In this document: in pieces, positions 14,363 to 14,464 of the stretch
Numbering within the stretch: the first letter of the stretch is position 1
How the letters are laid out: every line of letters starts with the position of its first letter
Virus record (IMG/VR): IMGVR_UViG_3300009671_000071
Length of the DNA: 14,464 nt
From: a virus
Reading direction: 5' to 3' (one strand)
Position numbers and translations under genes: made by a program
The notes under the pieces: model-generated
Told to the model about the DNA's origin: nothing
The model's input: the letters and a program-made list of their open reading frames with translations, nothing else
Databases searched by the model: none

Positions 14363-14363
14363 G

Positions 14364-14464
14364 ATTAACCTTCGCTTCCGTAATAACCAAAAGCAACTAC
14401 TGTATCACCGTGCTTTGTAGTATGTCTATCTTCAAATGTTTCGTAGTATTCACCACCCAAGCAA
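14364..14464 (-). CDS. partial CDS, C-terminus ...GGEYYETFEDRHTTKHGDTVVAFGYYGSEG
   Basis: Open frame from the right edge to a TAA. Confidence 0.6.

Noticed and set aside
1-14464. CRISPR array, retron, toxin-antitoxin or other classical defence system
   Set aside because: No regularly spaced direct repeats, reverse transcriptase or recognisable defence module was found; NADAR and the small membrane proteins are only indirect candidates.

Overview
AT-rich window that reads as part of a tailed-phage genome (T4-like gene content). Almost all credible coding is on the minus strand. The left ~3.6 kb is a minus-strand tRNA array, broken up by a frameshifted P-loop ATPase, a few small ORFs and a zinc-finger/PD-(D/E)XK-like homing endonuclease. 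The rest is a compact operon-like run of small phage genes with a lipoprotein, an Hsp20 protein, a possible primase-like protein, a NADAR-domain protein, and a type II topoisomerase pair (GyrA/gp52-like and GyrB/gp39-like), followed by a beta-repeat protein and conserved hypotheticals. The most unusual signal is in the tRNA array. At 365-445 the 3' half of a tRNA-Arg(TCT) lies upstream of its 5' half on the minus strand, with an 8-nt linker. Joined in the opposite order they give a complete 73-nt cloverleaf, so this is a candidate circularly permuted tRNA gene. Nearby are other atypical tRNA elements: an 18-nt anticodon loop, a CCA-ending acceptor stem around a non-tRNA core, an isolated acceptor/T-arm minihelix, and orphan 3' halves, one of them abutting the homing endonuclease stop codon. 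Several reading frames are also disrupted. Everything here is by-eye reading without folding or database tools.
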